A DNA stretch of 54,787 nt from Paraspadella gotoi (GCA_051294375.1 JBJCIZ010000398.1:1-54787); one strand, 5' to 3'. Counted from the stretch's first letter, positions 1 to 14,101 are shown. Numbers and translations: made by a program. The notes: generated by a model from the sequence alone, not told the origin.

Positions 1-323
1 GTACCAATTTCATAAAGTATTTGACGATTAAGGCCTATTCATTAAAAAATATTCTTAAAATTTTGTCTTACTAGTTCAGAGTTAAAATGACAAAAGAAAT
101 TAACTTTGTAATTATTTCGATTACTGTACGTTTAAATTAGAGCCATGCTCTAATAAACTTATTCGTTGTCGTTATGCTAAAGCGACACTCACGCGCTAAG
201 ATTTCCCTAGCAATGGTAAACAGTAACAAACACAAAATCAAACGTTCAAAAGAATCAATCTTTACACCATCACATTTTTTAATAAACTGTAGAAGACGAA
301 AATAGTAATAATTTTTTTTCCGA
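1..323 (+). repeat. 5' part of the ~1-kb peptide-gene repeat unit, truncated upstream of the ATG
   Basis: Matches 14761-15110 and 50663-50983 (gtaccaatttcataaagtatttgacg...aatagtaataattttttttccga), then switches abruptly to unrelated sequence at 324. Confidence 0.9.
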
Positions 324-574
324 TAATTATTCAAGGTGGTAGGCATATATATCTGCTAGGTAGCACGTGTTTGTACTATGCTTCTCAGATCTGTGTTTAC
401 AATTTCAACTGGATTAGAGCGACCTGTCGGTGGTTCTGTGTCTCACCCGGTGTAGACTACACGGTTGTACTGGTGTAATTACGTTGTGATATGAATTATT
501 TTGACGTATATTTTTTATTTTTTGGCTGCTCCGTTTGTTTAGTTTCGAAAAATAAAGAAGAGAGGAAGTGAAAG

Positions 575-622
<48 letters not shown>

Positions 623-3600
623 AGAGAGGAGAAAGAGAGAAGAGAGAGAGAGAAAGTTTGTTGTATTTTCAATTTAGCGAGCAGAGTAAAAAAAAATATA
701 AAAAATAGGAGAAGAAAACAGAAAATTTCTGTCGTGTGGTCGTAGTTATGTGTCTGTGAGAAGAAAAAAAAAATTGGGTTTCGTCTTTTGTTTAATAAAA
801 AAATATATAGGTTCAAAGAGAGTTATTTTAATGGGACGATATTTAATTTTTTTTATGTACAATTGGTACAACAATATAAAATTATTATTCATTTAATAAT
901 AAGAGTATCTTGTGACTTTGGACAGCAACTTTGTGGTTATACGTATATTTAAAGATATGACCATAGAGTTGAAGCGTATTCACCATCACGCCACTCTTCC
1001 TCTCCACTTTCATTCCTCACTGCTGTGGTTCTTGCTGCATGTGGGTATATATGGTTACGACAGCTATATTGGTGTTACAATAGATTTTAATGTTGTTTAT
1101 TAGGTTTTAGAGTACGTGCATAGTCTATAAACTGAAGTCAAATGAATTTCAAAGAATGTTTTAATTGTAATGAAATAAGATAAATTATATTTATAGACTG
1201 TGTATTTTAATTTCTTAATTCTTTACAATTCCATAATTAGCGTTTTTAAACTTTTATGTTTTTGGTGATATTAAAGTTTCTTGTTTTCTTTGTTTTTTCT
1301 TTTTCTCTTACTTTTTTTCTTTTTTTTTTTTTTCTTTTCTTATCAGAACATGATGTTAGGATTTTTTGTGGTGATTGATGGTCATCCGATAGATTACATT
1401 GATCAACCATTACATCGAATTAGATCACAAAAGTATGACGAGTTACTGAAGTGAATTTGATCACCGTTTTTGTGACGGGTCGGCGATTGGGGATAGGGGA
1501 TCCGTTGGAGAACGACCGATTTTTAATTTGTCTTTGTTCTGAAAGTACGTTTGTCTTGACAGTCGGGTGTCATTCGCCAGGCACATTGCTAAGAGTTTAC
1601 GAACCCAGAGAGTGAGAGGCGAATTGGACTAGAATTTATGGTTTTGTTAATAGTCATCATTATGGTATAATCATAAATAAATCATAACTGATTAAATAGA
1701 AAGTTTTGTTGAAGACAAGAATGTATAGATGTAATGATTTTTTTTTATCTTGTTTGAAAGTGGCGGGAAACGTGACTTTGAGTTGGCTACTTATTTTTTT
1801 TGTAAATCTGCCATTTGCTTTTATATAATTGACTTTAATCGCCTTTTTGGATCTTGCTTTGTTTGTTATTTATTTTTTTTTGATTAATGGAGATTCTTGA
1901 TTTTTGATCCGAAAAAAGAAAGATATTTTTTTTTTGCTTTATTTTTTTTTTTATTTTTTATTCATTTGAGTTTCATTTTTTTCTTTTTCATGTCATTCTC
2001 TTTTGATGGTTTTGCGAAAGTTCAATGCAGGATATTTTCGAGTGAACCGATGCAGTGGAATTTTTTGTCGAGTTGAGGAGAGAGGAGAGAGAGAGAGAGA
2101 GAGAGAGAAGAGGAGAGTAGAGAGAGAGAGGAGAAGAGAGAGAGAGAGAGCGGAAAAAGTGGTCCGGTGGCAGTTGGGGGAAGAGGCATGGGATTGCGTA
2201 TGTAGCTCGAGAAAGAAGGGAGCCCTATATGTAAGTTTGGAGGACAGATATCATAAGCCGTGGAATATAGAGGGGGTGTTTGTGTATTGGTACCTGCCGT
2301 ATCTTTTTAGTCAGGCGGAGTGATTACGGCGAACAAGTCATCTGTTCGGTCGGTCGTCTTTGCTCGTCTGTTGTAAATGTGTCGTTTGTCATTAATCGGT
2401 AGTTGGACTTGCCATTTGTTAAAAGAAACAAATCTAGTGACACTAAAGGGAATCGTGTAAAACTAGATATTTTAATTCAGAGCCTAAGAAAGTATGTGCG
2501 CGCGCAACCAATTTGGATGAAGCGTTTGTTTGAATACTAATACAGGATTAATATTGAATAGTGTGGAAAAATATATAATTTGGTGAGCGTGTGTAATCAA
2601 GTGGTAGGTATCGAGAAGTTGATTGAAAAGTGATTTGATGAAACAAGAAGCAAAAGGAGAAATTATAGGAAAAAACTGATGACTATATTAATATTACGTC
2701 CATCGAGTTCATTATTACGTGAATCCTTTTGCGTTGTGAAGTGTTTTTCTCGTCATTATTTCGTCGAGTTTAAAATCTTCGTGATTTCGATTCTGTCATA
2801 ACTTAACTTAACTCGGGTAAAGCGGGTGTCTATGTGAGCGATAATTTCGTAGAGCGTCGTCGGTTGCTTGTCGATAATTTTCTTATCTGCCACGGTGTTC
2901 ACATCAATTTTTGTAATCTTTTTAATTCGTACGAAATAATTATTTATTCGTCAAATAATTTTAAATTATAATAATTTCCATCTATATTCATAATTTTTAT
3001 ATATAATTAATTCTGATTATATATCATTTATAGTAATACTAATAACTTTACATGAATTATGATCATCGTTTATAGCTTGTAGGAAGTAACCGATTATCCG
3101 GTGAATTTCTTTTAAACGTCGGAGTTTGAATTTAAGAGGAAATTAAAGAGTGAAAAAATCTTAACAAGGTTCTATTTTCTTTTGTTTTAATTATTAGAGA
3201 TTTAAGGTCTGAGGTCCACTTATATATTTATTTACCTATACTTTTTACCTACTAGTTGTGATAGATCTGCGGATGAAGTTATTTTGTCAACTATTGTCGA
3301 TCTCAGGAAGCACCCGGCTTATAGGACACATTTTGGATAGCTGCGGCGTGGGGCGGGCGTTTGTGTTGTGTTAAGAAAACGAAATGTTAAAATTCGTTGG
3401 CGCGAATTAAAAATTTTGAAAAAGAAAAATTGGAAATTTATGGGATGGTGTGTTGGGGCGACGCTTCGTTCATCATGTAAATGCGTTTTTTGTTTTTCAG
3501 TCTTCTTTGTTTCTTTTAGTTTGTGTCACTCGCAGTCGAATTACTGTGGACGAGATTCACAACTCAGACTAGATCGAGGCAATATCTTTTCGATTCGTTT

Positions 3601-5223
3601 AGTTTTTTTGTTTTAGACATAATAAGCGAAAGGAGAAGTGGGGTAGTGGGAAAGAGTGGGGGGAAGGCAGTGGGACGAGTGAAGGTGATAAAGGTAAGAT
3701 GGATCAGACAGCTAGAGGGAGATAGAGAGAAAGAAACAGTTAAGACAGGGAGGAGGAGAGAGAGATACGAGAGAGCAGAGCGACGCAATAAGAGACCGAA
3801 CAGAGAAATATTTGTATCAAACAAACAAAATAACCAGAAATAATTTTTTGTATTTTTGATCGTTTACTCAGATTTTGTTCCATTTAGACAACATTTTCAT
3901 TCATGACTAGATTAAATAACTTGCTGAATGTGACATCATACGGTAGCTCATGTGAAACATTGAGTATTTATATGTTCCGAATCATTTTTATTGATTACGA
4001 AAAGAATGGGGGTTGTGCGTTAGTCTTCTTTAAAGTGCCTTCCCCTAGTGTTTCTCGACATGAGGTAGGGTTGCGAAGTTGTTGTTGTTCTGCTTGCTCT
4101 CTGACGACTTTTTCTTGTGCTCTCGTGTTTTATGTTTATGTCGTCTTTAATTGTGGGGTAATTAATTTGTGGTTTTATGAGCGGAAGGCGTAGCGCGCAG
4201 GAAGAGTATCAGAGAGAGAGAAGAGAGGAGGAGAGAGAGGAAGAGAGAGAGATGAGTACTGAGAGATGAAAATAGGCTAAGAGGAAGAGAGAGTCAGAGA
4301 GAGAGCAGAGACAGATGAGAGCACTGAGGAGGAGTGAACGTGGAGTCACTTTGATGTTTGAAGGGCGTTGGGGGGGATGTGAGTAGAGACAGCGTATTTC
4401 TGGTTGTTTTAAGGAACGTATTTTTTTTTAGGTGCATTACGTGATTCTGCCGTAATGCGCTTGTGTAGTCGTTGTGTGTGATGTGTGTAGTGTCGTTGTA
4501 AGAGGGACAACACAGGGCGTACAGATCTCTGAAGACTCTGTGGCAGGGGTTCACGTGATGTTGGGCGCGTAGACAGGAAACCTTAGGTTCTGGTTCGCTG
4601 TTATGTCTTTTTCTCTTATATTTTTGCGGCAGAGTTCTCACCTGTCCCAGTCCCAACGCATAGGTTCAGCCCTGCGTTATCTGGAGGGTTATGTTGACCT
4701 CACCTTTCAAACAGAATTTTGACGGGGGACGAGCGTACCTTCAAATAAAATTTTCGGGGTGGGAAGTTGAATTTAAGCATTAGTCGAATGAAATAATTAT
4801 ATCTTTCTTGAATTTGTTTTTTTTTATTTATTTTTCTGTTTTCTGCGTTTTTTATTCTTTAGTTTGTTACGTTTTTACTTCATGAGAAGAAGAGAAAAAG
4901 AAGAAAGAAAAAAAGAAAAATTTAGAAAGCATTGGTTAAGAAATGAGAAGAAAGGTCAAGGCTTTAAGAAGAGGGGTTAAGCGAGCCTGCCAACTCGAAG
5001 GTAAGTAAAGGGGATCGGCGTCTGTTTGTGGGGATCGATCGAAGGGGTGAGTGAAGGGAGGGTGAGTGCGTGGGGGGTAGAGGGGGGTAAGTAAGGCGAC
5101 GGTACATTTGAAATCTGGAGCTTTGTTAATCGAAGGAAAAGCGATTGAGAGTTGAATGAGATAGAGATAAAAGAAGAGAGAGAGAGAAGAGAGAGAGAGG
5201 AGAGAGAGACCCGCGAGAAGACG

Positions 5224-5259
<36 letters not shown>

Positions 5260-7290
5260 TTTGTTTAACTTTTTTTTTTTGGGTTTTTGACAATTTTATT
5301 TTTCGTACTTTTTTTTTATTAGTTTTAGTTTGTTTTTGGTTTTTTTTTTTTTGGTAATTTTTTGTTGTTTGCTTTTTTTTTGAGGAGGGGGTTTGTTTTT
5401 TGTTTTTGTTTTATGGTCTTGCGATTATGTCGTTTATTGATTGATATTATATTTTTTTTATTATGTATAAAATCAAATATAATATCAATAATATATATAT
5501 AATATATATAATAATAATAATATATAATGCATGAATATATAATTAATAATAATAATAATGAATCATAAAGATTAGATTATTAAAATTAAAAAAATTTTGA
5601 TAGATTTATATAGTATTTATGTAGTTTTTGACAGAATGATAGAATCGAATGGTGAGACATGTATATGTTTATTATCTATAAGTATTTTATTTTATTGTGT
5701 TTCTCATAGAAGAAATGGTTATTAATGAATAGTTTAGTTTTTGAGAGACGAATCGAAGCACAAGACCAATTTTTTGTTGGAGAAGGAGATGTGTTGTGAG
5801 GGGATAAAAAAGAGAAGATTAAAAGAGGAGTGGGACGGTGTTTAAAATGAAATCTTGGTTATTGCCGTGAAGAATAATATTGGTTATTATCTTTTATTTT
5901 TTTTTTTTTCTTATATTGATTTTATTATGTACCACCACTCGATGTTATTTTTTGTGTTTCTTTTTGTTATTACGTGAGGAAGAGAAAGAAGTGAGGAAGA
6001 TGTGTTCTTTTTCTTTTTTCTTTCGTTTTTCGTTTTTGTTACTCATACACTACTCTCTCTAAATTTCTTTGATTATTTTTTGATTTTTTTAGTTTTTTTT
6101 CAACTCCTCTGCGTCACTTTAATCACTTTTATTTTTTTGCTTCTATTATTTTATAGCTTTCTACTTATTTGAAAGTGTTGAGTTTTTGGTTCAGATGAGG
6201 GTTTGTGTGGTAGATTGGTCTGGAAAGAAGGAGGGTGGGAGAAGAGAGAGAGAGAAGAGAGATGAGAGAGAGAGGAGAGGAGAGAGAGAGAGAAGAGAGA
6301 AAGATGAGAGAGAAGAGAAGATAAGATGAAGGAGTTTTTTGGGGTGGAATTTTTTATGGTGTGTGGTTTTGGGAGAGAGCGTACGGAGTTTTAAAAAATT
6401 GTTGTGGGTAAAAAAACAAGAGGGAAGATTAAAAGTCGCGACTTGTAAGAAAGAAAAAGTGGGATATAAAATGTTTTTTTAAATAAAATTTTTAACTGAT
6501 TTAGAGTACCATAATATTTTTAAAAATAAAATTTAATTCTTTTTAGAGAGGAGGGAATTTTCTTGCATATATTATTTATTATACAAAATCGTTTTTAGGA
6601 AAAAAGAGAATAAAGTAGACGTGAATTAAAGTTGTCAGGAGAGTTGTTGAAAGTGAGAGAAAGAAATTGAGAAAGTAGAATTTGAAATCAATGAAATTAA
6701 TAAAAAATACTTTTACGATATTTAATAAAAAAAATTTCATTATTTAACAGAAAGAAAATAGAAAAAAAGTTAAAAATACATTTTTTGAATTTTTATTTAA
6801 GTGTAGGTTTTTGTATAAAATTTGTTAATATATAAATTATATTATTAATAAATAGTATTTGTGACTTTGAAATTTAAAGATAATGACATAGCAAGTGAGC
6901 TTTATAAGAATTTAATTCGTTATTATTTAAGAATATGGCTTTATAATTGAAGTTTAAAAGATGTGTAATTGTACGAAAGACAATTATTTTTAGATTTTTG
7001 AGAAAGATAAAGAACGAAGGTAGGGTAAGGTAGATTTAGAATCAGAGGGTGAGTGGTTATTAAAGACGAAATTTTCGTGTTTTTTTGTAGACAAAAGATC
7101 GATAAGGCGCGTGTCATCGTTCCAGTGTAGAAAGAAAGGAAAGGGATGTTCATTGTTCATGTTATTGTATTTGAGAGATAAAAAAAACACTAAAATGTGT
7201 GGAGATAGTTTGCCGGGGCTGGATTAATGGATTAAATCCTTATTTTCAGATAATTAATTAATATTAATTTTAGTTTTAAATATTTAATGG
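324..7290. other. G/T-rich, C-poor low-complexity block; probable low-quality long-read sequence
   Basis: Strong G-over-C skew, uniformly interrupted GA, T and AAT runs, no credible ORF or splice structure, and no recognisable similarity to the rest of the window. Confidence 0.6.
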
Positions 7291-10200
7291 AGTGTGGCCG
7301 CCGGCCCTCTTTTTTGCACCGACACCTTTATCCACTGTGTCCTCCCTGCTTCCCTTCGGCACGCCTCGATTGACCTTTCTTTTTGCTCCCTCTCAGCCCC
7401 CTTCTGGTTGCTCTACTCATGCTGCTCCACCTATCACACACACCCTCCTTTGGCTCACTACAAGTTTCCACTTTGGCCCACATGTATACTGTGGGCTCGA
7501 GGTAAATATAACGGCAGACCAATGGGCTACATGTCTCTCTGGTTTGGCTGGTGTTTAGATTGTTGTATGTGCGGACAGTGCGGGGTTACTGTATTTAGTA
7601 AGGATGATCGTCGCGCGACGTTTCTCACTGCGCTTCGCAATGGAAATAAAGAAAATAAGATAGCAACACTCTAATCGGATAATAAAGAGCAGCCCGTAAG
7701 GATTTTTTTAAAATCAGCGCGCGTATTCCACTTAACGTAGGAGATTGGTTTCGCTAAGGAATAGTTGCGACTCTTTTACTGTATACTAGTGTGGCATGAT
7801 CCAAAGTTAGCGAAGGGTACACATCCCCAGCGCGCGGTTGATAATGTTTCTCTATGCATCTGGCCGCGTCAGTGTTCTTTCGTTTAGCTACATACATCCG
7901 CGTAATCTGCCGCGTGTAGCTTATCGGTGAGTTATCATTGGCGGTTCTGTAGTGCGTTGAATGCATGGACTCATGACTGCTTGTATGTGTACAGTCGTGC
8001 GTTTCAAGCGCTGAGTACGTCTACGCTGAATAGTAAGTAACTATTTTCCTCGCGCAGTAAATATACAATGCCAGTTTTTCCTTGACACTCGACCGCATAT
8101 TTAACAAAACTATATCGCAATTCCGCGATAAGATTTGCACTTCTCGAGTTAGGAACAGAACGCCGGCGCGATTACATTGCGTTGCGGGTTGTTTTTTAAT
8201 GTCACAACTCCATATCTCGTTTTCCACGACCTACGCAATAATACCTTCTGAGTGCTTGAGAGTAGAGAGAGAGAATGGCGATAGTCACGCCTCAACATTT
8301 ACGTGCCAACACTCCACAGCTCTGTTGTATAGTCCTTCCTGTCTGTTGACCTACAGCCATGTTTCGCCTCCTTCTCCTGCACGCTGTGGCCGCCAGTCTT
8401 TACCACCTGTTACATCCATTTTCTTTGTTTCCACCCGCCCTTCCTCCTTGCCATGCTCCGCCCTGCCAGTTCCCTCTTCTCATTATTCTTTACTCTTTCC
8501 CACACGACCCGCTCTTTTTTGTCCTCGTCAGCAGGGTGTGCTCCACGGCTTCGCGGTGCGCCCTTGGCCCGCTGGCGGCTCAGGCTTCTGCGCTGTGGGC
8601 GCCACATGGCGCCCGACGCATGCCGGCCAACGGCGCGCCACGTCCCACCCGGCGGCGGGCGCGTCGTCACGCGGACAACCTGGTTTGCGCCTCGCCGTCT
8701 CTTTTCTCTACCTGGCGACTGACGGTCTGCGCCTCACAGCGCTGGTTTTTCGCTCACTCCTTGCGACGACTGGTGTTTTGCTCCTTACCACCACCCCCCT
8801 ACTTTTTCTCTTCACCCCGATGATGTTTCCATCCCCCTGGGCACCCTGTTTCGCCTCACATGTTAGTCTTCTCCAGCGCCCTTGTCTTTGTCCCCCCCCA
8901 TCTTTGCGCCACACCTTGCGTTGTGGAGAGGGCTTGTGCGCGAGCGAACACCGCAGCGCGCCCTCACAGCTTCCCCCGCACTTGCGCACAGGCCCTTCGG
9001 TGCAGGCACCCCTGACACGTCCGGCCCAGCTGAGCAGTGCGACGCAGCAGTGCCCAGTTACCGCACCCCTTTTACGTCCCGGAACCTCTTTTCCAGGTCA
9101 CCCCCTTCCCTTTTGCACCATGTACCCAACTCCCATTGCCCCTTTTCCGCGCTTCCACCCTGTTGCAATTCATCATATGCGTCCAGGTCCTCCTTTACGT
9201 CCCACTTTAGCCTGGCCACTGCAGTTTCAACATAACACCCCGCTGTTTTTCACCTTACCTTTTGCTTCTGCTTTTTTCTTTTCATCTTCCCCGTACACAT
9301 GCCACGCTGTCTTACATACAATCACACTACTTACATCCGTTCCTTCCTCCTATTCGTCCCTTCCTCCCTTCCCAGTCCCACTTAACGCTCCCTCCTCCAT
9401 CTACTCTCCATTCCTCACTCCCTCCAGTTCCCATCCCTTACCTCGTTTTTGGCGTCACATTGGTTTCGTCTCTCACTCCTCGTGGGTTGCTTTGTCGTGT
9501 CCAGTGACCGCAACCCCGACCCTATACCCTCCACCACTGTTTGCCGCCACCCACTGTCGGATCACCATTACTTCACCTCACATTCAACTTACACTTCGCC
9601 AGCTAACTGCTCGTTTTTCGTTGACTCCTGCTTTCCAGCGATGCCCGACATTTTTCCTACGCCGGCCCCGGTTGCCACCAGTCTACCGTTCTCTCCCCTC
9701 ACTGCCATGGTTCAACGTGCTTGTTCGCGCCTCTCCACACACCTGCCCACTCACTTTTTACCCTTTCGCTTCGTTGCCTACGCGCCCGGCTCCACTTTAC
9801 ACCGCTTATTTTTTTTTGCACTTTTCCATTTTTTTTCCTACGCTTTGCTCCGCAGCTTTTACCACCGTATCAGCTCCACGGTTCTTCCATCTCCCTTTCT
9901 TCCTTCCCCACCTGGCGGTATTTTTCCGGTTTTTCGTCGGCTCCTCTGCCTCTCGTCGCATTCCGCCTCTCCTCCTTCCTTTGTCGGTCCGTATGTCTCC
10001 CCCATCTTGTCGGTCCTTCACCTTCGCTCCTCTCCGACCCCTCCACTTATGCATCCCTTCTGCACCCTGACTGTCTGTTCGTCGTCCATCTGTCCGTCTG
10101 TCCGTACCTCTCCTCCCCTTCGGCAACCCACTCGTGAATTGGACTGGTTTGCTTGCATGCAGTTTTGTTTTGTACCAGGTTTCCTGCACGTGTGTGATTG

Positions 10201-10800
10201 CGCTCTCTCTAACCTTTTGTTTGCTCGTGCGCGGGGCCACTGCGTTTACTGGCCCCCACCGTCCTCTTTACCTTGCCGTATTTTTCATTTCATACTTTAC
10301 CTTCATCATCTCTACATTATTACACCATTGGACTACCCCACATTGCATTCACACTTTTTGTGTGTGGGTCACTGGACACGTCTGCAATTCAGCTACGACA
10401 TAAATTTTTGCATTGCCTGCGTCGGCATCCCCTCATTTCTTCGACATTCTTTTTCCTGTCACTGACCAGCTTTGTCGTCTGACACCCCGATTCCTGCACA
10501 TCCGTTGCTTCCTGCACGCACGGTTGGCCATACCTGGCATCGCTCTTTCTTCCACTGCTTAGCCCCCTTCTCTTATTCTTCACCACTTTTCCTGTTCGCC
10601 ATTTTGTTTATACACTCGACACCCGCTCCCACCCGCTCGTCCACTAGTCCGTTGCTTACCACCCATTTTCCTTCTATCTGTTTCCTTGGCCCCATCTTCC
10701 CAGGAGCTACACCTTCTTGGCACCACGCTCATTACATCACTTTAACTACTCGTTACTGACATCCTTTTTATTTATTGTTTTAACTTCCTGCATTCATTAC
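7291..10800. other. Mostly C/T-rich block (strongest at 8300-10800); probable low-quality read sequence with composition-driven ORFs
   Basis: Skew flips to C over G. Long overlapping + strand ORFs rich in P/S/L/F occur in several frames without motifs; - strand ORFs are short. Confidence 0.6.
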
Positions 10801-11348
10801 ATCCGCTTTCATTGCACTTGTGTTTGACTATCGACTCTTTACACTATCTGGTACCGCCATTCACAGGAGAAACAGAACTCAAGGTGGAATCGAAAAATTG
10901 GAAAAAAACCGGATCAAAGACTCGGGGAATCACCAAAATGGAATCAAGCCCTCGATTGGTTCGAGAATCCAAATGGCCTCGGCTAATAAGCGAATAGGCT
11001 GTAAATTATTAGCTCACGTCTCTGATTCCACTTGTACTGTTATAATAGCTGTAGATTTGTATCGAGGGCATTCTGTCCAAAATGACTCCGTCTTCTTGAT
11101 ATGTTATTCTACAATAATGTCCACCTTGATTTCATATCGAATCCCTGTCTGCTTACTTAAAATGTTACTTAGCCTATGGAATTATCTACATGCTTTGATT
11201 ATTTTTATTTAAGGTTTATTTTATTAACTAACGCAAGGGCAATTGTTATCTTCATTTTAAGTCTCAGAATTTATAAACATTAATTGACCGTCACTGCGCC
11301 AACGTCAGCGCCACCTTTCAGCTCATTCCTGCAGATGATAAGATGGCA

Positions 11349-11464
11349 TTGGCGGGAAACGCACATTGTAACTTCAATTCACGCCATCTACATATTTTGT
11401 GGACCGTTGCGGTCCGGTCATTTTTCCCTGGTCATTTAGTTGCGCTTCTCAGACGCTATAAAAG
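11349..11464 (+). promoter_or_regulatory. Possible Pol II promoter: E2F-like site and TATA box
   Basis: TTGGCGGGAAA at 11349-11359 and TATAAAAG at 11457-11464 within a GC-balanced island. Motif match only. Confidence 0.25.
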
Positions 11465-11642
11465 AGAGGTCGTACGCGTGCGATAACTTTGGCGTCGTGA
11501 AGTTAACACTGATCTTTTGTTAGAAACATTGCATGTGTAGAAAAGATCAGTACTGTTATTGGACGCAGGGATCGCCCACTGCTAAAGAAGAACATCGATT
11601 TTTTCTACACTCCCGGCCGGATGACGATCACTAAGTATGAGA

Positions 11643-13076
11643 TTAGAATAAATGTGAGGAATTAAATTTAATTTGAAATGATATTAATTGTTTAAAGGTT
11701 TTATAACACATCATTGGCAAATTAATCATCATTACGGTTATCAACTGGGTGTTTTGGAGATAGATATTTTTTTCAGTACTAAATAAGACCCAGTCTTTTA
11801 CCATTCTAGGTCGCTTTCTTTTAGGCCTCTTTTAGAGGCCGATGTCAATATCGATGCATAATCATTTATTCTGGAAAAGAATTGCTGTATGGAACCGTAA
11901 GTTTTTAATGGAAATCCAAGGATTTTTTTACTTGAATTAATAGAACTGAAAAGAAGTGATAATTGTTATGTGTTAGTGTCAGAACCGTTAAATTATAAAG
12001 CAGTCTCCTGAGCTTCGGATCAGGCTGAAACACCGTGTTACAGGCGGGTTGTCTCCGCAACTGTTTTTTCAATCTTTTTGATCAAGAAGGAATCCAACTC
12101 ATCATTATTGTTTAATATTATATCTTGAGCATAATATTTTTCATCAAGATTTAGGGCAAAAAATGGTCCATTTGGCAAGCAGTGAAGAAAGATTGATCCT
12201 CATTAAGTAACAGGGCTTGAGTGTGTTGTTGCAATAATGTGCATGATGCAGTTGTCTTTCATTTTCAACAAAATCTTGAATTTTTCTTTTTTTTTAGGAC
12301 TTGTTTGATTATTTGGTTGCTGATAATACATCCGAGGTATATGATAACTTTTGCTCATAGAAAGGTACCCAGAGCAATTATAACTTTATTGATACTTGGA
12401 CAAATATAAAAAGAAAATTTCGCGGAAGGCATCAACAGCGTTATTATTTTTTAATGCCGCTATTTTTTGACATATGAATTCAATTCTCCCTGAGATCATC
12501 CTAATGGAGATGAATGCAATACTATTTGACATGAGACTGAGAAAAGGCAGGGATTTTTAATAGTAAAAACTGGTTTACTTAGAAAGTAAATAAAAAAGAA
12601 ACTGTAAATTAGTATAAATGAAAAGGTGTAGATATGAAAAAGATAAAAAAGAAGGAAGCATTTTTTTGGACAAACCTCATTTTTCTTTGCATGGAACTCT
12701 TGTATTTTTTGTCGTACATAAATGAGAACATCTCATATGAATACGAAAAAGAGCAAAGTTTTTTCGATATTATAAGTTTTAATTTTTGATTCCTTACATT
12801 AAAATGCGAAAATAGCTGGAAAGTAACCGCGACAAATTTTTTTACATCATGGTAAGCTGCGATATAAGCGTTCTCCGCAAACAAGATCAATATGATTGAC
12901 TAGTTGCAGAGATACTGCTTTAAACTGCTGGCAACTAGAATACGATAAAAAACCATTTATTTAGTATTAGGAAAAAATATAGATGCATATCTTTGTCGTG
13001 GCCAAGTGATAATCATTAAATTATTAACGATATCAGTTCTTTTATAAAAGTTTAAAAATGACCATTTTTTCGTCAT
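11643..13076 (-). CDS. Frameshift-broken gene (~400+ aa) of unknown function, with a possible N-terminal F-box-like segment; copy at 47501-48934
   Basis: Consecutive protein-like segments in shifting frames: INGFLSYSSCQQFKAVSLQLVNHID, YVRQKIQEFHAKKNE, SGRIEFICQKIAALKNNNAVDAFREIF, PNGPFFALNLDEKYYAQDIILNNNDELDSFL, QLRRQPACNTVFQPDPKLRRLLYNL, SKKILGFPLKTYGSIQQFFSRINDYASIL. Candidate 74-nt intron at 12602-12675 (GT...TACTAAT.TTACAG). Ends are approximate. Confidence 0.5.
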
Positions 13077-14101
13077 TTTCCAAGATTCTAGGTGCTAATT
13101 AATTAAAAACGGGCTTTAAACTTTATAGAAAAAATAAAATTAATATCGTGTAATCAGCTAATCAGGGGCTACATAATGCAGATAAAATATAATTTTATTT
13201 TATTATTTATAATAAAGTACATTTGTTTTAGATCAACATTTAAAAAAATTAATTTGTTTTTTACCAATCAAAGTTATATTAAAACGTTAAACATGGGAAA
13301 ATTTTTTTTAAATGTTTCATGAAGTTTACTATCTGTTGTATAATGTATTTTTAATATAATATCAATAGAATAACAATTAGAAGATAATTGTATAATTCAA
13401 CTGCTTTATGCAAATTAAACTTTATTACAAGGATTTTTTGATAATTTTATCCAGCATATAGAGGCAACCATAAGGGGCGCTTATATGTATAAAATAAATG
13501 TCAATCTATGCTGTAATTTAAGCATGAGACACATTTAAAAATTTCGTATCAAAAAAGATGCCTTCTGCCAAAATTCTTTTTAGGAAGTAACTCCAAAAGC
13601 TTATGGGGCAACCAACCTAACTGTGCTCCATCTTTACGGGCATTTTAAGCTAAAATTTTAAGTCATGACGCAAGAGTTATCAAGACACCCTTCCACTTGT
13701 GTATGGCTATTTCAAGACGCCGCCCGTACAAATTCATAAAGTTATTTGAACGATAAGGCCTATTCATTAAAATATTCTTAAAATTTTGTCTATCTAGTTC
13801 AGAGTTAAAATGACAAAAGAAATTAACTTTGTAATTATTTCGATTACTGTACGTTAATAAGAGCCATGCTCTATAACTTCATTCGTTGTGTTATGCTAAA
13901 GCGACACTCAGGCTAGACGAATGATTCCCTAGCAATGGTAAACAGTAACAAACACAAAATCAAACGTTCAAAAGAATCAATCTTTACACATACCTCACAT
14001 TTTTTAAAAACTGTAGAAGACGAAAATAGTAATAATTTTTTTCCGAATTTTTTTCTTTTACGAATTTTTCTGAAGAAAACAAAAAAAAAAATTGTTTAAC
14101 G

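Larger units (their letters stand above)
324..13734. repeat. Block duplicated essentially base-for-base at 36182-49592 (offset 35858); probable assembly redundancy
   Basis: Every ORF in the track recurs at +35858 with an identical translation, and the second copy starts right after a 25-N gap. Confidence 0.95.

Noticed and set aside
496-7190. Short ORFs such as 496-816, 2003-2323 and 3523-3843
   Set aside because: They are translations of GA/CT and T runs in a low-quality block.
8281-9540. Idea that the block is a mirrored (complement-only) coding sequence
   Set aside because: The complement read from 8401 hits stops in all three frames within about 90 nt.
8082-10070. 662-aa ORF and the overlapping 338-aa ORF (also 43940-45928)
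   Set aside because: TTG start, no domain motifs, and P/S/L/F-rich. Pyrimidine bias suppresses stop codons in several frames at once.
12203-12300. IIATTHS (ABC-ATPase H-loop-like) and PKKK(R)K NLS-like motifs
   Set aside because: The frame is ambiguous, no Walker A or B motif was found, and the NLS depends on a homopolymer length.
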